Origin: Minisyncoccota bacterium
GTDB taxonomy: Bacteria > Patescibacteriota > Minisyncoccia > Phycocordibacterales > UBA9973
Assembly (NCBI GenBank): GCA_041650615.1
Contig: JBAZKU010000001.1
Location: forward strand, 23,385 to 87,384
Direction of reading: 5' to 3'
Length of the DNA: 64,000 nucleotides
Shown: piece after piece, positions 1 to 10,149 of the stretch
Layout: every line of letters starts with the position of its first letter
Numbering within the stretch: the stretch's first letter is position 1
The notes under the pieces: generated by a model
What the model was told of the DNA's origin: nothing
The model's input: the letters and a program-made list of their open reading frames with translations, nothing else
The model's database searches: none
Translations under genes and position numbers: made by a program

Positions 1-255
1 GAAAGCTGGTGCATATCCAAACACTTGCTCGGGACCACTATACGACTGATGGAAGTAGGCACCAAATTGCAAGGGGATGGCAAGACAGAAGAAGCAAAAC
101 AAATGTTTAGTTTCGCCTATAAAATTTTTAACTTATTTTTTGGACTCAGGTTAAAAATTATCAGTATACCGGAGATTAAAGGCACCTTAGAAAAAGAGAA
201 GCCAATGACCTATGACGATATTATGAGCAAGCTTGTTGATTGTTGTAAAGAATAA
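1..255 (+). CDS. Hypothetical protein, 5'-truncated by the window edge
   Basis: Frame is open from base 1 (ESWCISKHLLGTTIRLMEVG...) to TAA at 255. Confidence 0.7.
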   Translation, partial: ESWCISKHLLGTTIRLMEVGTKLQGDGKTEEAKQMFSFAYKIFNLFFGLRLKIISIPEIKGTLEKEKPMTYDDIMSKLVDCCKE

Positions 256-265
256 ATTTTATGAA

Positions 266-344
266 TCCCGTTAGAAATAATATAAATATTGAAAACGAGG
301 TATGGAAGTCTAGTATTATTAATTAATATAAATTTCTAACGGGA
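266..344. mobile_element. ATG-abutting inverted-repeat element (family A), copy 1
   Basis: ATGAA|TCCCGTTAGAAAT...ATTTCTAACGGGA|TGAA; the last A is the A of the start codon at 344. Confidence 0.85.
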
Positions 345-718
345 TGAATCAAAAAAATATTTTCTTTTTAATAATCGGTCTTCTGGTTTTAGGAGCAATT
401 GCGACTGTAATAATTCAATTAGGGGAGAAATCGGCGGTCATTTCTACAAAATATGACGCCTTTGCTCAATGTCTTGCGTCAAAAAAATTAACGATGTATG
501 GAGCTGTTTGGTGTTCTCATTGTCAGGCAGAAAAGGCGCGTTTTGGGGATTCTTTTAAATATGTGCCTTATGTTGAATGTTCCGAAAATCCAGATTTATG
601 TGTCGCAAAAGGCATAGAAAGTATTCCTACCTGGGTAAACGAAAAAGGAGAAAAATATGTGGGGGAACAAGGCTTAGAAAAATTATCGGAAATAAGCGGT
701 TGTGAATTACCTAAATAG
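344..718 (+). CDS. Membrane-anchored thioredoxin/glutaredoxin-like protein (resembles the VKOR-associated Trx domain)
   Basis: N-terminal TM; YGAVWCSHC CxxC motif; YVEC...C..KGIESIPTW. Confidence 0.8.
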   Translation: MNQKNIFFLIIGLLVLGAIATVIIQLGEKSAVISTKYDAFAQCLASKKLTMYGAVWCSHCQAEKARFGDSFKYVPYVECSENPDLCVAKGIESIPTWVNEKGEKYVGEQGLEKLSEISGCELPK

Positions 719-720
719 AT

Positions 721-1266
721 CTAAAAAGATTTGAAAGATATATGTTCATGTGAACCGTACATTTTACGATAGAAATCCAAATCTGGATTTATGTTTTTTG
801 AATTAAATACAACTTGATCCATTCCTTCCCATAGTAAGAACCAAGCTGCCGGCTCTAAGAAAACAACCAAAAATGACAAGAGTAAATTTTCAGTAGGATC
901 TTTGAAGATAATAAACGTAGCAATTATCATACAAATAATTCCCACTAGTATCATAGATATGCCTAATTTTAATACTTTACGTTTTTCTTTCATTAATAAA
1001 TAATAGTGTCTCTTAAAGTGTGCTGATAATCTTTCTTGGATTACTGTCTCGTGAGATATCTCTCTCTTTTTTTCTTCTACATATAATGCGAGTTCAATTT
1101 TATCGTCCTTACTATCACTCGTTGCTCTTTTAATTTCATCAAGAAAGTCGACAGAAAGTGCCCTTTTTGAATATGGCCTAATATCAAAGTCTGAAAAGAT
1201 ATCATCATATTGTTCAAGTCTTATACTAATCTCTGAAATTTCTATTGAAGAAGCTTTATTTTCCAT
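721..1266 (-). CDS. Hypothetical membrane protein (2 TM)
   Basis: 181-aa ORF with two hydrophobic segments near the C-terminus. Confidence 0.7.
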   Translation of the reverse strand: MENKASSIEISEISIRLEQYDDIFSDFDIRPYSKRALSVDFLDEIKRATSDSKDDKIELALYVEEKKREISHETVIQERLSAHFKRHYYLLMKEKRKVLKLGISMILVGIICMIIATFIIFKDPTENLLLSFLVVFLEPAAWFLLWEGMDQVVFNSKNINPDLDFYRKMYGSHEHISFKSF

Positions 1267-1387
1267 AAGGTTATATTACAATAATTATAAAAAAAATGAA
1301 AGTACTTGCATTAAAGTGTTTAATTGATTATATACTGCCTTTTAAGTATAATAATAAGTATTAAGATTTAAATTTGAGATAAATTAG

Positions 1388-1768
1388 ATGGATTCTAAAG
1401 AAGAAATAAAAGCTTGGCATGAAGTTAAAGTCAAAAATAGGTTTTTAAACGCATTCAGAGGTATGTATGTTTTTTATAAGACTTCAAAACATTTTTACAT
1501 ACTGATATTCAGCACAATAACGGTAGTATTTTTGGGATTTTATTTAAAAGTTTCAAGTTTAGAATGGATTGCCCTGATTTTCTCCATCGGCTTTGTGGTA
1601 GTCTCAGAAATATTCAATACGGCCATAGAAGTAGATATAGATCTGACATCTCCCGCATATCATCCATTTGCTCGTGATACGAAAGATCTGGCTGCAGCCG
1701 CTGTTGTTTTTTCCATATTTACTGCGGCCATTGTCGGGCTTATTGTTTTTCTGCCTAAAATTTTTTAA
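1388..1768 (+). CDS. dgkA: Diacylglycerol/undecaprenol kinase family protein
   Basis: SEIFNTAIE and TKDLAAAAV motifs, three TM segments. Confidence 0.85.
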   Translation: MDSKEEIKAWHEVKVKNRFLNAFRGMYVFYKTSKHFYILIFSTITVVFLGFYLKVSSLEWIALIFSIGFVVVSEIFNTAIEVDIDLTSPAYHPFARDTKDLAAAAVVFSIFTAAIVGLIVFLPKIF

Positions 1769-1771
1769 TGG

Positions 1772-2482
1772 ATGGATAAGGCAATTTTAAAAGAAATTAA
1801 TTTACACAAAGATCCTTTAAAAGCAAAATTGCTTGCTGGATATTTTAAGACAGGAAAAGGGCAATATGGTTTTGGTGACGTTTTCTTAGGACTTACTGTT
1901 CCACTTTCACGTTCTATTGCTTCAAAATACAAAAATATTTCACTTCAAGAAATCAATTTTCTAATAAAAAATAAAGCACACGAGGTTAGACTTATAGCCT
2001 TGTTTATTTTAATGTATAAATATAAAAATGGGCCACAAAATGAAAAGAAAAAAATTGTAAAATTTTACCTGAAGAATACAAAATTTATAAACAATTGGGA
2101 CTTAGTGGATTTATCAGCGCATAAGATACTCGGCGATTATCTTTGTAATTTTTCCCCATCACCTGGTGATGGGGAAACTCTGTTAAAATTGGCCCGTTCA
2201 AAGAATTTGTGGGAGCAAAGAATGGCCATAATTTCCACTTTTGCATTTATAAGTAAAGGGAACATGGAATGGAGCATAAAAATTGCCAAAATGTTTTTGG
2301 GTCATGATCATGATCTTATCCACAAGGCCTCGGGTTGGGTATTACGGGAAGTGGGGAAAAAAGATATGAAAACCTTGCGTAAATTTCTGGAAAAAAATAT
2401 TTCCTGCATGCCTCGCACTATGCTTCGTTATGCGATAGAAAAGTTTCCGGAAAAAATTCGTAAGGAATACCTTAAAAAATAA
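1772..2482 (+). CDS. DNA alkylation repair protein (AlkD-like)
   Basis: YFKTGKGQYG, NNWDLVD, HKASGWVLRE and MPRTMLRYAIE motifs. Confidence 0.85.
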   Translation: MDKAILKEINLHKDPLKAKLLAGYFKTGKGQYGFGDVFLGLTVPLSRSIASKYKNISLQEINFLIKNKAHEVRLIALFILMYKYKNGPQNEKKKIVKFYLKNTKFINNWDLVDLSAHKILGDYLCNFSPSPGDGETLLKLARSKNLWEQRMAIISTFAFISKGNMEWSIKIAKMFLGHDHDLIHKASGWVLREVGKKDMKTLRKFLEKNISCMPRTMLRYAIEKFPEKIRKEYLKK

Positions 2483-3091
2483 ATGTTAACTTTCACCCCA
2501 AAAGAAAAAGCCCTAATGCAAAAATTAAATACACCAGCTAAGGTGCAAGATTTTTTGAATGTACTCAGATTTAATTTTGAGGAAGAGGAAAAAACATTAA
2601 AATCTCCAGTTGTGATTCTAAGAACAAAAAGTGCGCATTGTATTGAAGGAGCTATTTTAGGTGCATATATACTTTCCTTACATGGTTTTCTGCCGCTTAT
2701 ATTGCATTTGCAGGCGACAAAAGAAGATTTTGACCATGTTATTTCTCCATTTAAAATTAACGGTCTCTGGGGTGCATTGTCCAAAACCAATCATGCGGTA
2801 TTACGATATCGTGAACCGATTTATAAAAATATCCGAGAATTGGCAATGTCTTATTTCCATGAATATTTTTTAGATAATGGTAGAAAAACCTTGCGAAGAT
2901 ATTCTAAACCCCTTAATTTAAATGTGTTTGAGAAAAGTTGGATATTGGAAGAGGGTGACTTATGGGGAATAGATGAAGAATTAGACAAAATAAAGCATTA
3001 CAATATCATCCCTAAATCTCACATTAAAAAACTCCGAAAAGCGGATAAAGTAGAAATAAAAGCCGGAAAAATTACAGAATATAAGAAATAG
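2483..3091 (+). CDS. Hypothetical protein, possibly transglutaminase-like fold
   Basis: AHCIEGA...DHV, WGALSKTNHAVLRYREP; Cys-His spacing fits that fold (inference). Confidence 0.65.
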   Translation: MLTFTPKEKALMQKLNTPAKVQDFLNVLRFNFEEEEKTLKSPVVILRTKSAHCIEGAILGAYILSLHGFLPLILHLQATKEDFDHVISPFKINGLWGALSKTNHAVLRYREPIYKNIRELAMSYFHEYFLDNGRKTLRRYSKPLNLNVFEKSWILEEGDLWGIDEELDKIKHYNIIPKSHIKKLRKADKVEIKAGKITEYKK

Positions 3092-3093
3092 GA

Positions 3094-4716
3094 TTAGAAA
3101 ATGCTAAAAATTTTCTCTAAAAATCTCACAAACCAGTTCCTTTTTGGAGTTTCGGTGTTTGTAGGGGGTTGGGAAAGATCAATAGCGTTTATGACTGCCG
3201 CAGCGTTTTGGTTTGCAAGGCTTTCTAGACTTGCTGTTTGTTTTATTTGTGTATCCTTTTTTGCTGTTTGTTTTGTTAACTTTTTTTCTATTTTAAGAGG
3301 GACTGGTTCCTCTTTTATTTTCTCAAATTTTTGCATTATTTGATTCCAAGTTTTTCCAGAAAGCGCCGTTACTGTATAAGCGGTTCCCCAAATTTTATTT
3401 TGTATAATGTCATCTCTTATTCCTCCATCAGGATCTTGATTGAAAGCCAAATAATCAAGGGGAGTATTTCCATTTCTTATCCAATCTTCTGGTTTTTCAT
3501 TCAACCCAAGTATGCCTTCCATCGCCCAAGCAGTAGAAGAAACATTATCCCAACCGCCATTGTCTTTTTGATTTTGTTTTAGAAACTCTTTAGCCTTTGC
3601 TAAGCTTTCTCCTATACCTGAGGTAGAAGAAAAAGCTGAAAGTGCTTCTATCCCGGCCCCAGTCATATCCACATTACTATCCCAAGAGCCGTCTTCTTTT
3701 TGTTTGCTTAAAATAAAAGCTATATCATCGGCTATCATTTTTTCGCTGGAAAGGAATCCGGCATTTTGTAAGACAATCAAAGCAAAAATATCGTCATTGT
3801 CTTCATTAATATCACCAAATTGCTTTCCATCAAAACTGTCAGTTATTTTTTTAATATAATTTTCACCGTTTGTATTATATGGATTGAGTCCTAGGGACAT
3901 CAAAGCCATCGCATGTCTTTCATAATCCGTCAAAAGCGTACCTGTATTTTTATTTTTAAATAAATACTCTATGAGCTTTATCTTTTGGTCTTGGTAATCT
4001 AAAGTTGTTGCCAGTGAAACAGCAATCCAGTCTGTATAAAGATTTTCATCGAAAGAACCATTTTCTTTTTGCTGTGAAATTATGAATTCAAAAGCCTTCT
4101 TTAAGTCAAAAATCGGTTTTATCGGATCCTTGACAATATATGATCCTCCCTTTTTACTACTTGCACTGCTTTCTTGCACTGGTGGAATTTCAGGTTCAGG
4201 TATCGGGTCAATCGGGTCAATGGGGTCTATAAAATTTAATAAAATTAAATCATTGGGTTGTAATTCATACTGATTTAAACCTGTAGTCCCATCAGTCCCA
4301 TTTAAAGACCAGCTCCAATAGTGATAGACGTCATTATTATCCTTATCTTTGGTCGTATAACCGGCTATATTATTTAAGGAATTTAAAAAAGCACCAGGAG
4401 CCCAACTCCAATTCCAATCGCTTGGAATTCCTGACTGTAAAATAGCGCAATAGGGTGTTGTTTTTAAATCCGAAGTGGCTGCATTATCATTATTACATGC
4501 ATTAACATTTATATCTTGATTAAATATTGAATCAGTTTTGTCAGTTATAGTTAAATGAATAGCAATCGGTTCTGGGGTAAGGGGAGTAATATCTTCGGTA
4601 ATTTCGGTAATTATCGGGGGATCTGTCACCCCAATTTCTTCTTCAGCGCGGACTATTCCAACGATTGAGGCTAATAAAATTAATACTATAAGCAGAATCT
4701 TTTTTATATTTTTCAT
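3094..4716 (-). CDS. Secreted prenyltransferase/squalene-oxidase-repeat (alpha6-alpha6 barrel) protein with an N-terminal DUF4430-like segment; putative cobalamin-binding protein
   Basis: Signal peptide; FLNSLNNI...YWSWSLNG; repeated QxxDGxW/F motifs (SQQKENGSF, SKQKEDGSW, QNQKDNGGW, NQDPDGG); downstream of a B12 riboswitch. Confidence 0.75.
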   Translation of the reverse strand: MKNIKKILLIVLILLASIVGIVRAEEEIGVTDPPIITEITEDITPLTPEPIAIHLTITDKTDSIFNQDINVNACNNDNAATSDLKTTPYCAILQSGIPSDWNWSWAPGAFLNSLNNIAGYTTKDKDNNDVYHYWSWSLNGTDGTTGLNQYELQPNDLILLNFIDPIDPIDPIPEPEIPPVQESSASSKKGGSYIVKDPIKPIFDLKKAFEFIISQQKENGSFDENLYTDWIAVSLATTLDYQDQKIKLIEYLFKNKNTGTLLTDYERHAMALMSLGLNPYNTNGENYIKKITDSFDGKQFGDINEDNDDIFALIVLQNAGFLSSEKMIADDIAFILSKQKEDGSWDSNVDMTGAGIEALSAFSSTSGIGESLAKAKEFLKQNQKDNGGWDNVSSTAWAMEGILGLNEKPEDWIRNGNTPLDYLAFNQDPDGGIRDDIIQNKIWGTAYTVTALSGKTWNQIMQKFEKIKEEPVPLKIEKKLTKQTAKKDTQIKQTASLESLANQNAAAVINAIDLSQPPTNTETPKRNWFVRFLEKIFSIF

Positions 4717-4734
4717 AATTGTTTAAGTTAATTT

Positions 4735-5181
4735 TTAATTCACGCTATCTTCATATTTCCAAATTACAATATCTCCCGGAATCATTTGATAATTTGAGAC
4801 TCCAATTGTTGCTTTTTTGTCATTTACATAATAAATCCAATTTTTGTCCCCGTTATTCTTTACTCCGTTTATCTCTTCAATAAATTTTCCCATCCCAGAA
4901 TAAACCTTGTCCTTAAAACTTATTTTCTTTTCCTTTTGCAGCTGTATCATGAAGTCATAGACATTTTCTTTCTCCGTTATTGATGTTTCCAACTTTTCCC
5001 CATTAATTTGGAGAAATGCTCGGTTTGTTTTTTCTATCTTAGTTGAAGAAAGAGAAGGAGGGGAAACAGAATTTGTACTCCAGCTAACATCTTTTGTAAA
5101 AACAAAAATTGAAAAGAAAAAAAGCGAGATAATAAAACCCAACCATATTATTTTTTTATTATTTTTCTTTATAGTTTCCAT
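4735..5181 (-). CDS. DUF4430 (transcobalamin C-terminal-like) membrane-anchored protein
   Basis: N-terminal TM; GMGKFIEEINGV...NWIYYVND...GVSNY...GDIVIWKY. Confidence 0.8.
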   Translation of the reverse strand: METIKKNNKKIIWLGFIISLFFFSIFVFTKDVSWSTNSVSPPSLSSTKIEKTNRAFLQINGEKLETSITEKENVYDFMIQLQKEKKISFKDKVYSGMGKFIEEINGVKNNGDKNWIYYVNDKKATIGVSNYQMIPGDIVIWKYEDSVN

Positions 5182-5247
5182 CCCAGTACTAAAATTTTAT
5201 TAATAACTTTTATCTTTATGTCCCATAATCAAAAATTTAGTACGGGA
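5181..5247. mobile_element. ATG-abutting inverted-repeat element (family A2)
   Basis: Minus strand TCCCGTACTAAATTTTT...AAAATTTTAGTACTGGGA|TG; ends on the ATG of the DUF4430 gene; same ends as 54066-54168. Confidence 0.8.
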
Positions 5248-5329
5248 CAGGTAAAACGAAAAAAATTCTGCTCAAGCAGAATTTTGGGGCCTTCAAAAAG
5301 AAGAAGGGATATCCTGCTCGGGAAAATTA

Positions 5330-5422
5330 AAATGATTGATAATCGGACTTGTCTCTGACGATTATGTCAGAGCTTACCGTAGCGGCACTGTACTGGAATC
5401 TAACCAGTTTCCTCAATCATTT
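5330..5422 (-). ncRNA. Cobalamin riboswitch (compact, class II / variant-like)
   Basis: Minus strand AAATGATTGA-GGAAACTGGTTAGATTCCAGTACAGTGCCGCTACGGTAA...AAGTCCGATTA-TCAATCATTT: GGAA.GGT..A.TCC T-loop arm, GCCGC.AC.GTAA, B12-box-like AAGTCCGA, closing stem; upstream of DUF4430 genes. Confidence 0.8.
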
Positions 5423-5483
5423 CTTACAATTTTTTAACGAACCCCTTAATTTTATGCTTTCTTAATTATCTGTCAATTTTTAC

Positions 5484-5492
5484 TGTGGATAA
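5484..5492 (-). promoter_or_regulatory. Isolated consensus DnaA box
   Basis: TGTGGATAA (= TTATCCACA on minus) in a divergent promoter region. Confidence 0.45.
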
Positions 5493-5588
5493 AGGAAATA
5501 TATTATTACAAAGAAAGGGTAAAAAATCACTTGCCAAATAAAAAAATATGAATATAATTTTTTATTATTAGTAATTTTTTCAAGGCAT

Positions 5589-6902
5589 ATGCAAGAGTTA
5601 GATATCATAAAAATTATAAAAAAGACACTTTTAAATAAAAACTTTATTTATGTCTTTTTGATTAGTTTAGTTTCCTTAATTATTATTTTAGCTATTGTTT
5701 TTGGATTTGTTTGGCATTATCGTGCAAATGTTTTTGATTATTTTGCCAAAGAGTATTTACAAGAGGTACAAAATCCGAATAATGATTTAGGAAGTGACAG
5801 TAAATCAACCGCCGAAAAAATTATAGAAAAACAATCTATTTTTTCACAAGAATCTTTTGTGGTTAATGCCGTTAAAAAAACAAATCCAGCCGTTGTTTCT
5901 ATTATTATCAGCAAAAACGTTCCAAAATACGAAGCTTATATTGATCCGAACCAGCAACAAAATCCATTTGGTGATTTATTCCCCGATTTTTTCTTTAATA
6001 TTCCGCAATATCGCCAAAATGGCACGGAGAAAAAAGATATCGGTGGAGGTTCCGGATTTTTTGTATCAAGTGATGGGCTAATCGTTACCAATAAGCATGT
6101 TGTTGATCAAACAGGCGTTGAATATACGGTCTTTACAAATGACGGGAAAAAACATACGGCGAAGATAGTAGCCAAAGATCCGGTTTTAGATATCGCCCTT
6201 TTAAAAGTTGATGGTTCCAATTTCCCGTATTTAACACTAGGCAATTCCGATTCTCTACAGATTGGACAAAGTGTTATTGCTATAGGCAATGCCTTAGGAG
6301 AGTTTAGAAATACGGTTTCTGTTGGAGTAATTTCCGGCCTTGCTCGTTCCATAACAGCGGGGGACAGTCTTTCCGGTAGTATGGAAACCTTAGACCATGT
6401 CATTCAAACAGATGCAGCCATTAATCCTGGAAATTCAGGCGGGCCCTTGCTTGATTTGTCTGGAAATGTGGTTGGTGTCAATGTTGCCATAGCACAAGAT
6501 TCGCAAAATGTCGCTTTTGCTCTTCCAATAAATAGTGTTAAAAGTGCGGTTGAGTCCGTAAAAACCACCGGCAAAATAGTAAGACCATATTTGGGTATCA
6601 GATATGTTACTATAAACGCCGAAATGAAAGAAAAAAATAATTTATCAGTAGATTATGGCGTACTTGTCAAAGCGGGGCAAAATCAAAATGAACTGGCTGT
6701 TATCCCGGGTTCTCCAGCCGATAAAGCAGGAATAGTGGAAAATGACATAATTCTTGAAGTGAGTGGAGTGAAGTTAGATGATGAAACCTCTTTGGCTTCT
6801 CTTGTTAGAAAAAAAAATATTGGCGATATAATTACTTTAAAAATTCTCCATAAAGGGGCCGAAAAAACTGTTCAAGTAACCCTGGAAGCAGCCAAAGATT
6901 AA
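5589..6902 (+). CDS. htrA: HtrA/DegP-family serine protease with one PDZ domain
   Basis: TNKHVV, DIALLK, QTDAAINPGNSGGPL catalytic motifs; C-terminal PDZ; N-terminal TM. Confidence 0.9.
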   Translation: MQELDIIKIIKKTLLNKNFIYVFLISLVSLIIILAIVFGFVWHYRANVFDYFAKEYLQEVQNPNNDLGSDSKSTAEKIIEKQSIFSQESFVVNAVKKTNPAVVSIIISKNVPKYEAYIDPNQQQNPFGDLFPDFFFNIPQYRQNGTEKKDIGGGSGFFVSSDGLIVTNKHVVDQTGVEYTVFTNDGKKHTAKIVAKDPVLDIALLKVDGSNFPYLTLGNSDSLQIGQSVIAIGNALGEFRNTVSVGVISGLARSITAGDSLSGSMETLDHVIQTDAAINPGNSGGPLLDLSGNVVGVNVAIAQDSQNVAFALPINSVKSAVESVKTTGKIVRPYLGIRYVTINAEMKEKNNLSVDYGVLVKAGQNQNELAVIPGSPADKAGIVENDIILEVSGVKLDDETSLASLVRKKNIGDIITLKILHKGAEKTVQVTLEAAKD

Positions 6903-6905
6903 ATC

Positions 6906-8066
6906 CTATCGTTGCTCCCTCACCACATCTTTAAGCCGTAGGGCAACAAAAAGTCCGGCAAATGATACTGTGCCTAATACAAAGAAGAGATATTCAAAAG
7001 ATGGAACAAGAAAAAGAACAAAAACAGCTGAAAGTGGAGCAATAATATAAGAAACAGAAGGAGCATTACGGAAAAAACTGATTTCGTCAGCATCCTTTTC
7101 ACTTACAATTTTAAAAAAGTAGCTTTCATTCATAGTTTCTATTGTAGCAGCACCCACGCGTGTGATAAAAAGCAATAAAGCCCATACCCAAAGTATGGAT
7201 TCTGAAATAAAAGGAATTGCTAAAACAGACGATGTCATAATTAAGAAGCCTGCAATAAGCATTTCTTTCTCCCCGATTTTGTCTGAGAATTTGCCTAAAG
7301 GAAAATTCAATATAACAAATGGAATGAGCATTATAGAAAAAATAATGCCTATTTTATCCCAACCGAAACCCATATATTCATGTAAATATATAGGCGTATA
7401 AATCACCATCCAAGAATAAAAAAAATGTAGAATGAAATTGCTCAAATATATCTTTGAAAGATGCCTATTTTTTATAAAAGATTTGATTGTTTTTAATATT
7501 GAACCCCTTTTATATTCCGGGTCTTTGAAATCACGCAAAAATAAAACAAAAATAGACATTACTAGAACCATGAATCCTGCACCTAAAAGATAAATTCCCA
7601 TAAAAGAACTTTTATTAATAATTGAACCGGAAATTAGTTGAGCAACAACCCAAGCAAAATTTATAACCATCAAAAAAAATCCTCGCAAGGCTCCCACAGA
7701 AGAATTTCTAGAAAAATCTTCAATAAAAATATCCAATGAAGCAATAATAAAGTAAATTGACAAGAAATAAAGAATAAAGGCGGGGATTATAATAAAAACG
7801 CTGTTTCCAAAGGCAAGTAAAATAAACGATAAGAACATTAACAAACAAGATAGGAGAATTGTTAAACGATTCCCCAGACGAGTCAGAATTTTAGGCATTC
7901 TTAATAAACCTCCAATAGTTACGATAGAAGCGGCTACGTAAATAATACCTACATAGTTTTTTCCAACGTAAGTTTCTAGAAAACTTGAATTTATATAAGA
8001 AACGAGGGCCATCGGTATGGAAAATAAAAAAGTAGCTAAATATATTATTTTTCTATTATGTTTCAT
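6906..8066 (-). CDS. MFS transporter; start set to the ATG at 8066 because the ORF-track extension MEISNG lies inside a repeat element
   Basis: About 12 TM segments, GKFSDKIGEK motif A. Confidence 0.85.
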   Translation of the reverse strand: MKHNRKIIYLATFLFSIPMALVSYINSSFLETYVGKNYVGIIYVAASIVTIGGLLRMPKILTRLGNRLTILLSCLLMFLSFILLAFGNSVFIIIPAFILYFLSIYFIIASLDIFIEDFSRNSSVGALRGFFLMVINFAWVVAQLISGSIINKSSFMGIYLLGAGFMVLVMSIFVLFLRDFKDPEYKRGSILKTIKSFIKNRHLSKIYLSNFILHFFYSWMVIYTPIYLHEYMGFGWDKIGIIFSIMLIPFVILNFPLGKFSDKIGEKEMLIAGFLIMTSSVLAIPFISESILWVWALLLFITRVGAATIETMNESYFFKIVSEKDADEISFFRNAPSVSYIIAPLSAVFVLFLVPSFEYLFFVLGTVSFAGLFVALRLKDVVREQR

Positions 8067-8142
8067 CCCGTTAGAGATTTCCATGAATTATTATTAATAG
8101 TTAATTTTATTTTTTAAGTTTTTTCCGTTATCTCTAACGGGA
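8066..8142. mobile_element. ATG-abutting inverted-repeat element (family A), copy 2
   Basis: Minus strand ATGAAA|TCCCGTTAGAGAT...ATCTCTAACGGGA|TGAAA. Confidence 0.85.
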
Positions 8143-8163
8143 TTTCATCTCCATAATAATTTT

Positions 8164-10116
8164 TTATATGCTTAACACTACGGGGATAACCAAAGGCCTT
8201 TTGGCGGTTTTTTGATATAAGAATTTTGAAACTGTCTCACCTAAGTTGGCCTTAATATAATCCAGGTCTACAGGCATTCTCATTCTATCTTCCACTCCCT
8301 TTTTAATAATAATTCGTACTTGACGCAAGAGTTCTTGATTCTCTTTTAGATAGACGAATCCGCGTGATATCAAATCCGGAGATTTTTTTAACTTTCCGGT
8401 ATTTTGATCCACTAGCGCTATGATTACAAACATTCCATCTTGTGCAAGCATTTGTCGGTCTCTAATAACAACATCTTGTACATCGGAAATAGCAAGTCCG
8501 TCCACCATCATTAATCCGGACGGAGCTTTTTCTTTTCGCAAGGTTATTTTTTCTCCATCAGCGGAAATTTCAATGACCGAACCATTGTCCGGAACAACTA
8601 TATTTTTTTCAGACATACCGATTTCCATAGCAAGTTCTTTGTGAAGTTCCAAGTGATAATGATTGCCATGAATTGGAATAAAGAATTTCGGATGTGTTTT
8701 TTTATGAAGCCATCTTATGTCTTCTTTGTTGCCGTGACCGGTAGCATGAACAAAGTCTTCTCCTGCGGTACGGTAACTTATGATACGTACGCCCTGTCTT
8801 GATAAATTATCTTTTATTCGCTGAACTGCTCTTTCATTTCCGGGAACAATAGAAGCCGAAAGGATTATAGTGTCTCCTTTATTAAGCGAAAATTTGGTAT
8901 GTGATTTATTAGATGCCCGAGAAAGAGCTGCAAATTCTTCTCCTTGAGAACCGGTCATAAGTATCACAATTTTATTGGGTGGATAACTATTAACTTCTTC
9001 TATAGGGATAATGGTGCCTTTTTTGGGTTTGAAATATCCGGCTTCTATCGCTACTTCTATATTTGTTTTCATGGAACGTCCATCTATAGCGATTTTTTTA
9101 CCGAGAGATTCGGCAACCTTAACAACATGCACCAAGCGAGTTATGTGGGAAGCGAAAGCGGCAATAATTATACGTCCGTTTATTTTTTTTATTAAATTTT
9201 CAAGTCCCTGATGTACTTTTATTTCGGGCAGAGAAAATCCTTCATTTTCAATATTTGTGGAATCGGTCATTAGAAGAAGTATTTTTGCTTTATCAAAAAT
9301 GGAATATTCCTTTTCTTCCTCTGGGGTGACAACCCCGTCTATTTGGTCTAACTTATAGTCTCCCGGGGTAACAATCCAGCCATTTTTTGTTTCAACAATA
9401 ATACCCATTGAATCAGGAATAGTATGTGTGACGCCAAAAAATCGGACTTTTATCTTTCCACACACCACTGTTCCATCTTTTTCAACTATTTCCGTTTTCA
9501 TTGGTGGTAAATGTGGGAACTCTGCTTGGCGTTTTTTCATTAGAAGCACAGAAAGATTTCTGGAATATACTGTTGGGTTGCCGATACGCGAAAGAACAAT
9601 AGGCACCCCTCCAATATGGTCCAAATGTCCATGGGTTATAAAAAGCCCCCGTATCTTATCTTTATGTTCTTCAAGGTAAGTTGTGTTTGGAATAACATAA
9701 TCTACACCAGGCGTTTCTTCGTTAGAAAAATGCATACCCGCATCAATAACTATAATATCATTGCCAATTTCTATAGCGGTCATATTTTTTCCGATCTCTT
9801 CTACTCCACCAAGTGTAATAATACGAACTACTCCTTCAGAAAGGGGAGGGATTTTATTTTCATTTATATTTTCATATTTGCTTTTGTTGCCTAATGGACG
9901 ATTATGATTTCTCCCTTGCCCGTAATTTTTTTTAGAATATTGATAGGTGGAATTTTTTGTGGCCCTTTTTTTATTTTCCACAGATGTCGAATGTCCGGAA
10001 ACCGAACGTCCAACATCTGTTTTAGTAGGCTTTTTTTCTCCACTTACAACACTATGCAAAGCACTGCGAGTAGGTTCAATACTTATAGCACTGAAAGACA
10101 ATCTAGTTTTTTTCAT
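8164..10116 (-). CDS. rnj: Ribonuclease J
   Basis: LGGVEEIGKNMT, THGHLDHIG, HTIPD, HATGHG, FIPIHG motifs; long basic N-terminal extension. Confidence 0.95.
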   Translation of the reverse strand: MKKTRLSFSAISIEPTRSALHSVVSGEKKPTKTDVGRSVSGHSTSVENKKRATKNSTYQYSKKNYGQGRNHNRPLGNKSKYENINENKIPPLSEGVVRIITLGGVEEIGKNMTAIEIGNDIIVIDAGMHFSNEETPGVDYVIPNTTYLEEHKDKIRGLFITHGHLDHIGGVPIVLSRIGNPTVYSRNLSVLLMKKRQAEFPHLPPMKTEIVEKDGTVVCGKIKVRFFGVTHTIPDSMGIIVETKNGWIVTPGDYKLDQIDGVVTPEEEKEYSIFDKAKILLLMTDSTNIENEGFSLPEIKVHQGLENLIKKINGRIIIAAFASHITRLVHVVKVAESLGKKIAIDGRSMKTNIEVAIEAGYFKPKKGTIIPIEEVNSYPPNKIVILMTGSQGEEFAALSRASNKSHTKFSLNKGDTIILSASIVPGNERAVQRIKDNLSRQGVRIISYRTAGEDFVHATGHGNKEDIRWLHKKTHPKFFIPIHGNHYHLELHKELAMEIGMSEKNIVVPDNGSVIEISADGEKITLRKEKAPSGLMMVDGLAISDVQDVVIRDRQMLAQDGMFVIIALVDQNTGKLKKSPDLISRGFVYLKENQELLRQVRIIIKKGVEDRMRMPVDLDYIKANLGETVSKFLYQKTAKRPLVIPVVLSI

Positions 10117-10149
10117 TTTTTTTGTGTTTAATAATAAAAATAGTTTTTA

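Noticed and set aside
4202-4230. 9-bp tandem repeat encoding IDPIDPIDP
   Set aside because: Ordinary low-complexity linker, in frame, with no sign of phase variation.
8067-8084. MEISNG N-terminus of the MFS ORF
   Set aside because: It is encoded by the repeat element's arm; the likely start is the regenerated ATG at 8066.
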